From the NCBI GenBank assembly GCA_965541585.1, contig CBEUCH010000002.1:96001-160000 (forward strand): a stretch of DNA of 64,000 nucleotides. The letters are read 5' to 3'. This DNA comes from an uncultured bacterium. GTDB taxonomy: Bacteria; Zixibacteria; MSB-5A5; UBA10806. The translations under genes were made by a program, and so were the position numbers. The notes beneath the pieces were generated by a model. It ran no database searches, was not told the DNA's origin, and saw only the letters and a program-made list of their open reading frames with translations. Position 1 is the first letter of the stretch; each line of letters starts with the position of its first letter. This document shows positions 18,510 to 29,140 of the stretch, in pieces.

Positions 18510-19958
18510 TCATTTTAATAATATTAATTTTATACTTTTTTCATCCAGGTCGTTAGTGATCCGCGCAAAATAGATCCCTGACGAGAAATTTCCGGCATTC
18601 CAGGTTATAGAATGGTGTCCTGAGGATTTGACTCCCTCAAACAGCATTGCGACTTTCCGCCCGAGCAGGTCGTAAACAGCCAACTCAAGCTCCGTTTCTT
18701 CGGGAAGAGTGAATTCGATTGAGGTTGAAGCATTAAATGGATTGGGATAATTCTGCAATAGCGCGAATCGATCCGGAGCCCGGGGCGGTTGATCTGAAAT
18801 ACCCACAGTGGTCGAATCTCCCCCGCCGTACGCCCCCATATCGCTTCTCTCACCACCCAATCCCCGGTTACAATCGATAATGCTGTCAAAGATTATGGGA
18901 TCTCCAGCGTCGATGCAGGGGGAATCTTGCGGGTCGCCGCATTGGGTAGACATGAGATGGAAATCGCCGTTTTCGGGACCACGGAACAGGGGATCGGTAT
19001 CTATATTCCCCTCGCCAGCCCGTCCTCCCTGAACGTCGCAGTAAGTAAAATAGGGTGATGATGAATCATCGAAATCAATCTCAGATTCATATGATGCGCT
19101 GTCTGCCCAAAATATGGTATTGGTTATTACAGGGTTGGAAACCAGCTCGCAATAAATACCCCCGCCGGAAACCCCCGCCGAATTCCCACTGAGAGCATTA
19201 TTGACTATAATCGGGCTTGATTCATAGCAATGGATCCCTCCACCCCAATGAAGGGCTGAATTCGCAATGATGACGTTATTAATCATCGTTGGCGACGAGG
19301 CGAAAAGAGAAAGCCCGCCGCCGAATCCCCATTCGCTAAGAGCATCATTCTCGGATATAAAGTTATTGCTGATCTTAGCATTGGAATTGTAACAATAGAT
19401 CCCGCCTCCAGTTCCCCATGTCCAGATCGGGTAGCCAACGGCAACGTTTCCGCTGATAGTGTTGTAGATGATAGTAGCGTCGGAGTGAAAGCAATAGATC
19501 CCCCCACCGGTGCCGTTCGTCATCTGGCTCCCGATCGCCGAATTTGCTCTGATATGATTGTTGGTAATTGTGGGATCGGAATATACGCAGGAAATTCCAC
19601 CACCAAGAGACGCTGAGAGGCCATTCTGTACCACGAAACCGGCAATGATAGCGGTGCTGCTCTCCCCGCTTTCAAAAGTGACAACCGAACCCGATGAGTC
19701 ACCATCGATGATCGTTTGCTCAATGTAAGTGGTATCCCCAGTAGTCAAAAACAGCGATCCCAGCACGATATTATGGCCGTTAAAATTGATATTCTCTACG
19801 TACGTCCCCGGCTGCACCAGCACGGTATCGCCGTCGGAGCTGGCGTCTATGCCTTCCTGGATGGTCGGATAATCATCCGGGATGTTGATGATAGTGGCAG
19901 CAGAACTCCCGTATACCGCGATCATCGCGATTATTATCAGGAATAATTTCCTTCCCAT
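18510..19958 (-). CDS. Secreted right-handed parallel beta-helix protein with T9SS/FlgD-like tail
   Basis: TIQEGID...DTVLVQPGTYVEN cap, GGGI-x-C / N-N-I repeats, SPCIDAG...SDMGAYG and NYPNPFN. Confidence 0.9.
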   Translation of the reverse strand: MGRKLFLIIIAMIAVYGSSAATIINIPDDYPTIQEGIDASSDGDTVLVQPGTYVENINFNGHNIVLGSLFLTTGDTTYIEQTIIDGDSSGSVVTFESGESSTAIIAGFVVQNGLSASLGGGISCVYSDPTITNNHIRANSAIGSQMTNGTGGGIYCFHSDATIIYNTISGNVAVGYPIWTWGTGGGIYCYNSNAKISNNFISENDALSEWGFGGGLSLFASSPTMINNVIIANSALHWGGGIHCYESSPIIVNNALSGNSAGVSGGGIYCELVSNPVITNTIFWADSASYESEIDFDDSSSPYFTYCDVQGGRAGEGNIDTDPLFRGPENGDFHLMSTQCGDPQDSPCIDAGDPIIFDSIIDCNRGLGGERSDMGAYGGGDSTTVGISDQPPRAPDRFALLQNYPNPFNASTSIEFTLPEETELELAVYDLLGRKVAMLFEGVKSSGHHSITWNAGNFSSGIYFARITNDLDEKSIKLILLK

Positions 19959-19998
19959 AATTTGCCCTTAACTTTGACGGGTATTAAATTAACGCGTA

Positions 19999-21963
19999 TC
20001 ACCATGATCCCGGGCAATCCACACAGCCTTGCGGTGTGGCCGTTCCCCGATAAGCCCCTATCTCCGTCACCACATCGCCAAGCTCGAAGGCCACGCAGTT
20101 GCCATCTGTGTCACCTTCGGGGGCGAAATCGCTGCCGTGAGGCGGACAATCGCATGTATAATAAGGTATCACCATTCCTCTATACATGCCAATCATTGCA
20201 ATGAGATCATTCAGCTCCAGGGCGGTACCATTGTGATCGCAGTCACCCGGGATGTATTCACAGGGGGCTGGTTCAAAATAAAGCCCGCCGTAGCCCTGTT
20301 CCGGTATTATATACTCATCGTACGGAGGCCATCCCGCTAACCACTTGGTTTCCTCCCCGCTATGGGGATACCAACCCATCTGGAATGGATAATATATGTT
20401 ATCAATCGGGACATCAGTGTTACAGGTCATCAAAAAGGCACCATAATAATCCCATTCTCCCTGTGTATCGAGAGGATCGCCTGGCGGGGGACTAAAGACC
20501 TCCCATATGGCTCCTTGCATTTCACAGGTATGTCCTTCGGGGATTGGATAATCCCAGTTCGGGTCGTGATGAAATGGCCCGTCAAGCCAGACATCCTCCC
20601 AGTTCGGTTCGTCAAACCTGGGATCAAGCGCGACGCCGTTGCGCTCGGAAATGATGGCATCCTCGGACAGCAGGCCATGCTGTAAGGCGATGACGGGGGC
20701 GGAATTGGAAGGGTCTGTTCGGACCCACATCTCAATTTCGATATCCTCGCCGTTATGAACCGTCAAAACCCCGGCATCTTCACCCTCCAGCGGGCCGAAG
20801 ACGATCCTGTTGGATATGGGGGCGAAATGAAGCCCGCCGTAAGACTGCTCCGGATCAACGCTGCCGCCTCCATCGAATGACCATCGGAAACCGAATCCGT
20901 TATGGGGATACCAACCCGCTGAAAACGGATAATAAGTATTATCGATGGGGACATCAGTGTTACAAGTCATCAGAAAGGCGCCATAATAATCCCATTCCCC
21001 CTGGGTATCGAGAGGATCGCCAACGGGAGGATCTAAAACCACCCACAAAGCTCCCTGTATTTCGCAGGTATTTCCTACAGGGATCGGGTAATTGGAACCC
21101 GGGTTATGGACGTACGGCCCATCAACGAAGACGTGCTCCCAGTTCGGCATGTCATATTGCGGATCAATCTGCGCGCCGTTACGCTCAGCTATGATCTCAT
21201 CTTCTGACATTAAAGCGTGACCTACAGCAACAACGGGTGCAGGATTATCCGGGTCAGTCCGTATCCACATCTCAATTTCGATATCCTCGCCGTTATGAAC
21301 CGTCAAAACCCCGGCATCTTCACCCTCCAGCGGGCCGAAGACGATCCTGTTGGATATGGGGGCGAAATGAAGCCCGCCATAATCCTGTTCCGGCACGACG
21401 GCGCCGCCCGGCGGTGCCTCGAATGCCCAGCGAAAACCCTCCCCGCTATGAGGATACCAACCCGCCGAAAACGGATAATATGTATTATCGGTCGGGACAT
21501 TAGTATTACAGGTCATCAGAAAGGCACCATAATAATCCCATTCCCCCTGGGTATCGAGAGGATCGCCTACAGGAGGCTCAAACACTGCCAAAATAGCATA
21601 CTGTATTTCGCAGGTATTTCCTACAGGGATCGGGTAAGTTGAACCCGGGTCGTGGACGAACGGCCCATCAACTTCGACAAGCTCCCAGCTCGGCATGTCA
21701 TAATCCGGATCAAGCTGCGCGCCGTTACGCTCAGCTATGATCTCATCTTCCGACATTAAAGCGTGACTTACACCCATAATGGGGGCAGGATTGTCCGGAT
21801 CGCTTCGGACCCACATCTCAATTTCGATATCCTCGCCGTTCAGAACCGTCAAAATCCCGGCATCATCGCCCTCCAAAGGACCGAAGACAATCCTGTTCGA
21901 TTGAGCAGAGGCTATTGCGGCCGTAAAGGACACAATCATCGCTAAAAACAATACTCTTTTCAT
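19999..21963 (-). CDS. Secreted protein with three ~180-aa cohesin-like repeats and a C-terminal dockerin-like domain
   Basis: Signal peptide, three SNRIVFGPLEG... repeats, and a duplicated GDCDHNG..LELND / GDTDGNC..ELGD tail; AAGGAGG SD. Confidence 0.8.
   Translation of the reverse strand: MKRVLFLAMIVSFTAAIASAQSNRIVFGPLEGDDAGILTVLNGEDIEIEMWVRSDPDNPAPIMGVSHALMSEDEIIAERNGAQLDPDYDMPSWELVEVDGPFVHDPGSTYPIPVGNTCEIQYAILAVFEPPVGDPLDTQGEWDYYGAFLMTCNTNVPTDNTYYPFSAGWYPHSGEGFRWAFEAPPGGAVVPEQDYGGLHFAPISNRIVFGPLEGEDAGVLTVHNGEDIEIEMWIRTDPDNPAPVVAVGHALMSEDEIIAERNGAQIDPQYDMPNWEHVFVDGPYVHNPGSNYPIPVGNTCEIQGALWVVLDPPVGDPLDTQGEWDYYGAFLMTCNTDVPIDNTYYPFSAGWYPHNGFGFRWSFDGGGSVDPEQSYGGLHFAPISNRIVFGPLEGEDAGVLTVHNGEDIEIEMWVRTDPSNSAPVIALQHGLLSEDAIISERNGVALDPRFDEPNWEDVWLDGPFHHDPNWDYPIPEGHTCEMQGAIWEVFSPPPGDPLDTQGEWDYYGAFLMTCNTDVPIDNIYYPFQMGWYPHSGEETKWLAGWPPYDEYIIPEQGYGGLYFEPAPCEYIPGDCDHNGTALELNDLIAMIGMYRGMVIPYYTCDCPPHGSDFAPEGDTDGNCVAFELGDVVTEIGAYRGTATPQGCVDCPGSW
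20272..21900 (-). repeat. Three tandem ~540-bp intragenic repeats
   Basis: Units at about 21355-21900, 20815-21354 and 20272-20814; 20725-20838 is identical to 21265-21378. Confidence 0.92.
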
Positions 21964-21981
21964 CGCTTCCTCCTTACCGAT

Positions 21982-23451
21982 CTATTTCAACAACACCATT
22001 TTCCTCGTCTCTGCATACTCCCCCGCCTGAATCCTGTAGAAGTAAATGCCGGAGGATCTACTGTCGGCGTTCCATACCGCCTGATGATGGCCGGCTGGCT
22101 GTTTATGATGCAAAATCGTCTCAATCTTCCTGCCGAGGATATCATAGATTTCGATTGTAACGTCGGATTCCGAAGGCAGATCATATCGTATTATTGTTCT
22201 CGCGTTAAATGGGTTGGGATAATTCTGCAATAGGGCGAACCGATCCGGAACCCAGGGCTGTTGATCGATAATGCCTACGGTGGCCGAATCACCAGCGCCG
22301 TAAGCGCCCATGTCACTCAGTATCGTTCCCAGGCCCCAGGAACAATCTAGCAGGCTATCTATTATGGCAGGACTGCCGGCGTCGATGCAGGGAGAATCAT
22401 TGGGGTCGCCACAGGCGGTAGACATAAGATGGAAATCGCCGTTCTCGGGATCTCTGAATAACGGATCAATATCGATGTTGCCTTGGCCTTCCCAGCCGCC
22501 CGGAATGTTGGAGTAGGTAATGCGTGTCGAGCTGTTGGGTATATGAATTTCATTACTTAGACTTGACGCACTATCTGCCCAAAATATGGTGTTTATAATA
22601 ATAAGATCGCAGCTAGTATAGGAAAAAATCCCGCCACCGCGATCGGCAGAATTTCCGGTTATCGTATTATTGCTAATTAGAGAAATGGAGTTATGAAAAG
22701 TAATCCCGCCACCATAATAACTAACAGAATTTCCTTCTATAATATTATTTCTAATCGCCGGGTCGGAATTATTCCAGCAAAATATACCACCGCCACAACA
22801 AGCAGAATTTTCAACTATTGTATTATTACTAATGATAGGATTTGAATTATCGCACCAAATGCCGCCGCCCTCAGCCGAAGTAGAATTTCCGCTTATTCTG
22901 TTGTTGTCAATAGTAAGATTAGAATTACCACAATGAATTCCACCCCCTTGAAAGGCCCGATTCCCGCTTATCATGTTATTGTAGACCAGGGGATTAGATT
23001 GAATACAATAGATTCCGCCTCCACTAGTAGCAGAATTTCCGTATATCACGTTATAGTTAATAGAAGGATTAGAATAATCTCCACAATAAATCCCTCCGCC
23101 GTTAAAACTATACCCATTTTGAATCGTGAATCCCGTAATAACAGCAAGACTATCTTCTCCATTCTCAAAGATCACTACAGTCTCTGATGAATCCCCATCA
23201 ATGATCGTATGCCCTATATACGTGGTATCTCCCGTCGTCAAAAAAAGCGACCCCAGCACAATATTATGGCCGTTGAAATTGACATTCTCAACATATGTGC
23301 CCGGCTGCACCAGCACGGTGTCGTCGTCGGTGGAGGCGTCAATGCCTTCCTGGATGGTGTCATAATCATCGGGGATGTTGATGATGGTGGCGGAAGCGTA
23401 TAGATAGATTAGAAAAATCCAAAAAATAGTCAATCTGGAATATCGTCTCAT
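21982..23451 (-). CDS. Secreted right-handed parallel beta-helix protein with T9SS/FlgD-like tail (paralogue of 18510-19958)
   Basis: Same N- and C-caps, GGGI-x-C repeats and NYPNPFN tail. Confidence 0.9.
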   Translation of the reverse strand: MRRYSRLTIFWIFLIYLYASATIINIPDDYDTIQEGIDASTDDDTVLVQPGTYVENVNFNGHNIVLGSLFLTTGDTTYIGHTIIDGDSSETVVIFENGEDSLAVITGFTIQNGYSFNGGGIYCGDYSNPSINYNVIYGNSATSGGGIYCIQSNPLVYNNMISGNRAFQGGGIHCGNSNLTIDNNRISGNSTSAEGGGIWCDNSNPIISNNTIVENSACCGGGIFCWNNSDPAIRNNIIEGNSVSYYGGGITFHNSISLISNNTITGNSADRGGGIFSYTSCDLIIINTIFWADSASSLSNEIHIPNSSTRITYSNIPGGWEGQGNIDIDPLFRDPENGDFHLMSTACGDPNDSPCIDAGSPAIIDSLLDCSWGLGTILSDMGAYGAGDSATVGIIDQQPWVPDRFALLQNYPNPFNARTIIRYDLPSESDVTIEIYDILGRKIETILHHKQPAGHHQAVWNADSRSSGIYFYRIQAGEYAETRKMVLLK

Positions 23452-23663
23452 TTTGCTCCCCTCGGCTATATCCGTTGAAACGACCCGTCCTTAAATCCGC
23501 CCAAGTACGCTCATATAAATATAGCAGCCTATCCACAATAGTAAAGAGAAAAATGGAGGGATTGGGTAAGGCCATCGGGTCCTGCAGATCCGTTGGGCTC
23601 GTAGAGCCGCACTACGTCTCAGAATGCCCCGTAAGACAAATATGCCCGCATCCTAATTTTTGC

Positions 23664-23691
23664 TTGACCAGATATTAATAGAGTCTATATT
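23664..23691 (+). promoter_or_regulatory. Promoter of the Rieske/cytochrome b operon
   Basis: TTGACC-N16-TATATT. Confidence 0.5.
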
Positions 23692-23759
23692 AGGCAACTA
23701 ATTATGAGCGTATGTGCCGGTTTGTGAAATAAGGCACATGTAGATAAAAGGAGAAGAGA

Positions 23760-24221
23760 TTGGAAAATGAAAAAATGCCCCGTCGCGATGCTCTGAACTA
23801 CCTTCTGGGAGCGGGTATCGGCGCCTTGGGGGTTGCCACTCTATATCCGATGGTGCGGTATATGATTCCGCCACCGGCGTCGGGGGCCGGTGCCTCATCG
23901 GTCTCGGCGGCCAAGGTCGGTGAGCTAAAACCGAATGAGGGCAAGATATTCAAATTCGGTAATTCGCCAGGAATCATCATATTGAAGCCGGGCGGTGATC
24001 CGGCAAGCGCCTTGAGTTATGTCGCTTTCACGGCGGTCTGCACTCATCTCAATTGCACCGTTCAATACCGCGATGATCTCAAGGAAATATGGTGCGCCTG
24101 CCATAACGCGCACTTCGACCTCAACGGCCAGGTCATCTCCGGGCCGCCACCGAGTCCGCTAAAAGAATACCGCGTGGCAATCAAAGGCAACGAGATATTC
24201 GTTTCCAGCGAGGAAGTTTAG
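23760..24221 (+). CDS. Rieske iron-sulfur subunit of a Rieske/cytochrome b complex
   Basis: Tat-type PRRDAL anchor, CTHLNC and CACH boxes, and GPPPSPL. Confidence 0.93.
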   Translation: MENEKMPRRDALNYLLGAGIGALGVATLYPMVRYMIPPPASGAGASSVSAAKVGELKPNEGKIFKFGNSPGIIILKPGGDPASALSYVAFTAVCTHLNCTVQYRDDLKEIWCACHNAHFDLNGQVISGPPPSPLKEYRVAIKGNEIFVSSEEV

Positions 24222-24223
24222 CA

Positions 24224-25294
24224 ATGGCAGTCATGAGAAGGCTATATCGATGGTGGAACGAGCGGGTCGATCTCGAGAATATCAAGGACTTTCTAAGTCA
24301 CAAAACTGTTCCCCATCATCGTTATTCGATCTGGTACTACGTCGGCGGCATGTGCCTGTATCTGTTTATCGTACAGGTGATCACCGGCATTCTGCTTCTT
24401 CTCTATTACAAGCCTACCGCCGAGGCCGCCTACGAATCGGTTCAGTACATAATGACCGACGTACCCTTCGGATGGCTGGTCAGATCGATTCACTCTTACG
24501 CCGGCAATATTTTCATAGGGCTCATATTCGTGCATATGTTTTCGGTTTTCCTTCTGAAAGCCTATCGCAGACCCAGGGAATTGACATGGATCACCGGGGT
24601 ATTGCTCTTGTTTCTGGCCATGGGATTTGGGTTTTCCGGCTACCTGTTACCCTGGAATCAGCTCGCCTATATTGCCACCAATGTGGGAACGAATTTCGCG
24701 GTTATGGTTCCGGTCATAGGCGATTGGCTTCTGGAGTTTCTTAGAGGTGGAACGGAGGTTACCGGCGCCACGCTGACTCGCTTCTTCGGGTTCCACGTGG
24801 CGGTGTTTCCGGGGCTCTTCACGGCCATCCTCGGCCTGCATCTGCTCTTCGTGCAGAGACTGGGTATGAGCGTGCCGCTCTCTATAGAGAAAGAAATCGC
24901 GTCCGGAAAGGCAAAAAGGCTGGAGATGCCCTTCTTGCCGAATTTCATATATCGCGATATCCTCGGGTGGACCCTGGCGCTGGGGCTGATTGTTCTTTTA
25001 TCGTCGCTTTTCCCCTGGGAACTGGGTGAGAAAGCCGATATTCTAAAACCCGCACCGCCCCATATACGTCCGGAATGGTTTTTCGTTTTTATGTATCAAT
25101 CACTTAAATATGTCCCGAAGACCTTGGGCGTTTTCGGTTTTGCCATAGGGGGACTCGTCTGGGTACTGCTGCCGTTTTTCGACCGCAAATCGAATCGAGG
25201 CGAACCAAACATGCTTTACACCATCATCGGGGTATTTGTGGTAATCTATATGGTGGCTCTTACGATGGTTGGCTATTTGGCTCCGGGGGAATAG
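24224..25294 (+). CDS. Cytochrome b (unsplit, b6 plus subunit-IV-like)
   Basis: GWLVRSIH, FVHM, GYLLPW, FFGFH/LGLH heme ligands and a PEWF Qo motif. Confidence 0.94.
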   Translation: MAVMRRLYRWWNERVDLENIKDFLSHKTVPHHRYSIWYYVGGMCLYLFIVQVITGILLLLYYKPTAEAAYESVQYIMTDVPFGWLVRSIHSYAGNIFIGLIFVHMFSVFLLKAYRRPRELTWITGVLLLFLAMGFGFSGYLLPWNQLAYIATNVGTNFAVMVPVIGDWLLEFLRGGTEVTGATLTRFFGFHVAVFPGLFTAILGLHLLFVQRLGMSVPLSIEKEIASGKAKRLEMPFLPNFIYRDILGWTLALGLIVLLSSLFPWELGEKADILKPAPPHIRPEWFFVFMYQSLKYVPKTLGVFGFAIGGLVWVLLPFFDRKSNRGEPNMLYTIIGVFVVIYMVALTMVGYLAPGE

Positions 25295-25295
25295 G

Positions 25296-26588
25296 ATGAG
25301 ATACTGGATAGAAGCTTTTCTGATTGTAACATTATTCACCATCGGGGCAGCCGGCGGGAGAGCCTCGAGCTGTATCGACTGCCATATATCGAGCGACTGG
25401 GTATCCGATACCACCGTCACCGCCGACTTTCTTTCAGGCGATATCCATCGCAATATGGGACTTGGCTGTGAGGATTGTCACGGCGGAGACCCGAGACGCG
25501 GTTTCGATGAAGGCGATCCTGATCTGGCCATGGATCCCGCCAGGGGATACAAGGCGTTGCCGGGTCGGCTGGAAATCCCCGATTTCTGCGCCCGGTGCCA
25601 TTCGGATATCGAGTATATGAAGATGTACAATCCCAGATTGCCGACAGATCAGTTGAAGCTCTACAAGACATCGGTACACGGAAAACAGCTTTACAGCACG
25701 AAGGATACCAACGTAGCGGTCTGCACGGATTGTCACGGGATCCATAGAATTCTGCCGTCCACCGACTCGCGGAGTATGGCCTATCACAATAATGTCCCTG
25801 AAACCTGTCGAAAGTGTCATGGCAGTCCTCTGCTCATGAAGAAATACAAATATCGAGGCAAGCCTATCCCCACCGATCAATATGAGGAATACGCCAGGTC
25901 GGTGCATGGCATTCTGGTGCTCGAGCAAGGGGATAATTCCGCCCCGTCCTGCAATAATTGCCATGGCAATCACGGCGCAACGCCGCCGAACCTGGCATCG
26001 GTCTCTGCCGCCTGCGGGGAATGCCACGCCTACAACCGTGATTTTTTCAATAATTCTCCGCATAAAGAGCCATGGGATGATCTCGACTATCCCGAATGCG
26101 AACAATGCCACGGTAACCATTATATCGAGTCGGCCGCCGACGAGATGATAGGGGTAACGGGGAATGCCCTCTGTCTGGATTGCCATGACGAGGGTAGCGA
26201 GGGCTATGTGGCCGCGGGTCGAATGAGAGCATCAATCGATTCTTTGAAGACCGCCCTTACAAAGGCAGAGGAAAAGGTTAAGGAGGCTGAGGAGAAAGGT
26301 GTCGAGGGAGGAAAGGCGCGGTTCGATCTGGGTTCAGCGAAGGATAACCTGACCCGGGTCCGCTCCATAGTGCATACTCTCGATAGTGAGCAGGTTGAAG
26401 AGATAGCATCATCCGGCATCAGGGCCGCGCATGATGTTAGCCAGACCGCGGAGGCGGCACTGGGCGATATTAAGTCCCGGCAGATAGGGCTGGCCGTTTC
26501 CCTCCTGGTGGTGATATATGTAGCCTTCGTCCTCTGGGGCAAGATCAAGCAAGTAGATAGCGAAACCGATTTTGAAGTAAAAAATTGA
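25296..26588 (+). CDS. Membrane-anchored nonaheme c-type cytochrome
   Basis: Nine CxxCH motifs (CIDCH, CEDCH, CARCH, CTDCH, CRKCH, CNNCH, CGECH, CEQCH, CLDCH), a signal peptide, a coiled coil and a C-terminal TM helix. Confidence 0.92.
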   Translation: MRYWIEAFLIVTLFTIGAAGGRASSCIDCHISSDWVSDTTVTADFLSGDIHRNMGLGCEDCHGGDPRRGFDEGDPDLAMDPARGYKALPGRLEIPDFCARCHSDIEYMKMYNPRLPTDQLKLYKTSVHGKQLYSTKDTNVAVCTDCHGIHRILPSTDSRSMAYHNNVPETCRKCHGSPLLMKKYKYRGKPIPTDQYEEYARSVHGILVLEQGDNSAPSCNNCHGNHGATPPNLASVSAACGECHAYNRDFFNNSPHKEPWDDLDYPECEQCHGNHYIESAADEMIGVTGNALCLDCHDEGSEGYVAAGRMRASIDSLKTALTKAEEKVKEAEEKGVEGGKARFDLGSAKDNLTRVRSIVHTLDSEQVEEIASSGIRAAHDVSQTAEAALGDIKSRQIGLAVSLLVVIYVAFVLWGKIKQVDSETDFEVKN

Positions 26589-26635
26589 ACGTCCGGTTCG
26601 GAAGCAGCTTCCTACGCCAGCGAAGATAAGAAATG

Positions 26636-26670
26636 AAAAAGCCGGGATTTAACTTCCCGGCTTCTTTTTT
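26636..26670. terminator. Bidirectional intrinsic terminator
   Basis: aaaaagccggga...tcccggcttctttttt between convergent genes. Confidence 0.8.
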
Positions 26671-26692
26671 GATGGAATGTTCGGGTATTGGC

Positions 26693-27247
26693 TTAAGTGA
26701 ATACTGATTTTAATCCTTCGAGTATAATTTTTGTGGTCGAATTTTTTTCATCTGGTTTTCTGAAGGTCGTGCTTGATACATTGCCTTTTTTTATAATGGG
26801 TAAATGTGCAATATATGTAACCTGTCCGATATGATGAGTCTCGTGCATATAGCTGTACGCAAGATTCTGGCCTACGGTCTTGAATTGTCCTCTGCTGGCC
26901 ATATCGAGGAGGCCCGGATCGCATTTTGACAGCAGATCGTCCGTGAGAGATGACATCTTAATGAGTCGTGCTATCAAATTCGATGGCTCCGGGTAGAATG
27001 AGGGGTCATTCGCCGGAATGGTGCCGCGAGCGAATCGATCGCCCAGATTGCCCAACCGCGGATCACCTCCGAGAATTTCGATGATCTCACCGCGGTTCAA
27101 TACTATGTGCCCCAAAAGCCAGATCAACGGGTTGCCCCGGTCTTCGGGTCGCACGTAAAAACTCTCCTTCGCCACCCCCTTGAGGATACTGGTCAGGTAA
27201 GCCACATTATATTTCATTAGCTCCACGAATATTGTAGTTGTTTTCAT
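26693..27247 (-). CDS. DinB-superfamily protein
   Basis: NPLIWLLGHI and HETHHIGQV. Confidence 0.85.
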   Translation of the reverse strand: MKTTTIFVELMKYNVAYLTSILKGVAKESFYVRPEDRGNPLIWLLGHIVLNRGEIIEILGGDPRLGNLGDRFARGTIPANDPSFYPEPSNLIARLIKMSSLTDDLLSKCDPGLLDMASRGQFKTVGQNLAYSYMHETHHIGQVTYIAHLPIIKKGNVSSTTFRKPDEKNSTTKIILEGLKSVFT

Positions 27248-27623
27248 GCTCTTCTCCTGTAATACTTTCCTGTACTGTTGGCTTTATGTAAAGAAAATCA
27301 TGCCATCCTACGCAAAAAATCCGAATTTATATTACCCATTACGTTCCAATGGGTTAGCTCCATGACTGTTTCGGGCCAGGCGGCTCTTTCGGCTCAAAAA
27401 CTGATCAATGAATAAAACTTAGAGCAATTTTTGCTGAATCCCTATCAGGAGAAGATAGATATATTTTGTGATGAATTTCAAAAAAACGCTTGCTTGGTCG
27501 CCAGGATGAGCATGGATTTCTTTATTATGGCGTTGGAGTCGATTCGTGATGTCGGTCCTACGGATCCGTAGGAAAGTTACTTCCGACACTATTTGTGTCG
27601 ATATACATATGGGAGGACCGCAA

Positions 27624-27809
27624 ATGAACAGACAAAAAGAGTATGTATCGCTGGAGATCTCCGGGGAAAAACTGGAGAGAATCGTAAGCATCTTGAGAGA
27701 TAAGCTTCTGGACGAATTCTGGCCGAATATCTCCGAAGGGCCGGAACGGGAGAGGATCAAATCGCGGCTCGAGGAGAGCATCCTCTCGGCATTCGACGAG
27801 TCCGCTTGA
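27624..27809 (+). CDS. Small hypothetical protein (61 aa)
   Basis: GGAGG SD at 27612-27616 before ATG 27624; helical charged sequence. Confidence 0.55.
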   Translation: MNRQKEYVSLEISGEKLERIVSILRDKLLDEFWPNISEGPERERIKSRLEESILSAFDESA

Positions 27810-28072
27810 GATGCGGATGTAAGAAAGAACTACATTAACATCCCCTGCCATCGTTGTCTGAACTCGGGATAACCTTTTAAATAGCATAGAATTATAAGGT
27901 TTTGCGTATAAAACGATACGCATTTCATAGGCAATAATGTAGTATTGACATAATAGCCTATAAATCTCTATCTTTTTACCTCGGCGGCTTTTTGCATTTG
28001 CGTCGCCGGGAAACCTGCAATTTATGCGCATTATGTTAAAAAGATAGTTCCAAACTTAGAAAGGAAAGCAAG

Positions 28073-29140
28073 ATGGAAAAATATGCATTTCGCTTAGCTC
28101 TGCCAGTTCTCATTCTGACTTTTGCATTATCAATTAATGTTTTGGGGTCAGAGTTTCTGATACAAAACAATGAGATAGAGAGGGCCAAAAAACAGGTAAA
28201 GGGGGATTTTTTACCAAGAGAGCTTGGGCAATCATTTAATGCCCCCAAGGGCTACCCTAAAAAAGATGATCACAGCAATCCCCTGATAACTGATTATGTC
28301 TATATTGATCCTGATGATAGCCCATGGTGGACTGGCACGGTCGCTAGGACAGTTGCCGGTGATTATGTTGACAATGATGGAGATATAGTATGTGGCGATT
28401 TTGCCTATGGGCTTTGGCGGTATCGAGGTTATGCCGTTTTTAACATCTCAAACATTCCTGATAATGCTAGTATCGAAAGTATAGTTCTTAACAACTTTAC
28501 CTTTTCAGAGGGAAGTGATGATCATTGCCTCGCGATTACTGGTAACTTTGAATGCGATCCACGTGTTGTTGGAGGTCAAATTCTATGGAATTGTCTTGTG
28601 AGCGGAACAACATTTCACAATAACACTTGCCTTGATTGGGGACGCTATGAGGGAGCTCATTGGGACGATCTAAACAATTTTGCAATTAACAACCTTCAGC
28701 AAACCCTTCAGACGGGTCAAGATTGGTGGGCTCTTGGCTTCATTGAGCCGGGCGACGATGCTGGAGCTGCATGGTTTTCAGGTCACGAGTATGAATGGCC
28801 TTGGGCCAGAGTAAATTACGATATACCTAATGCTATCCCGCCGGGCGATGAACATAATCAGGATACAAACATTCCTCGTGCATTCGAGCTGTCTCAATCT
28901 TACCCCAACCCTTTCAACGCACAGACCACAATAGAATATGCCCTGCCTGAAGCCGCTCACGTCACCATCGAAATCTACAACCTGCTCGGCCGAAAGGCTG
29001 AAACCCTGGTTAATCAACACCAGCAGGCAGGCTATCACCAAATTACCTGGGATGCTTCCGAGGTTTGCTCAGGAGTTTACTTTTACAAGGTTCAAGCTGG
29101 GGATTTCATTGAAGCAAAGAAAATGCTGTTGCTGAAGTAA
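28073..29140 (+). CDS. Secreted protein, unknown AT-rich passenger domain with T9SS/FlgD-like tail
   Basis: Signal peptide and tail LSQSYPNPFN...GVYFYKV...KMLLLK. Confidence 0.82.
   Translation: MEKYAFRLALPVLILTFALSINVLGSEFLIQNNEIERAKKQVKGDFLPRELGQSFNAPKGYPKKDDHSNPLITDYVYIDPDDSPWWTGTVARTVAGDYVDNDGDIVCGDFAYGLWRYRGYAVFNISNIPDNASIESIVLNNFTFSEGSDDHCLAITGNFECDPRVVGGQILWNCLVSGTTFHNNTCLDWGRYEGAHWDDLNNFAINNLQQTLQTGQDWWALGFIEPGDDAGAAWFSGHEYEWPWARVNYDIPNAIPPGDEHNQDTNIPRAFELSQSYPNPFNAQTTIEYALPEAAHVTIEIYNLLGRKAETLVNQHQQAGYHQITWDASEVCSGVYFYKVQAGDFIEAKKMLLLK

Noticed and set aside
17100..23660. Co-oriented secreted genes as an integron cassette array
   Set aside because: Spacers are only about 20-40 bp, no attC-like RYYYAAC...GTTRRRY palindromes were found, and there is no integrase.
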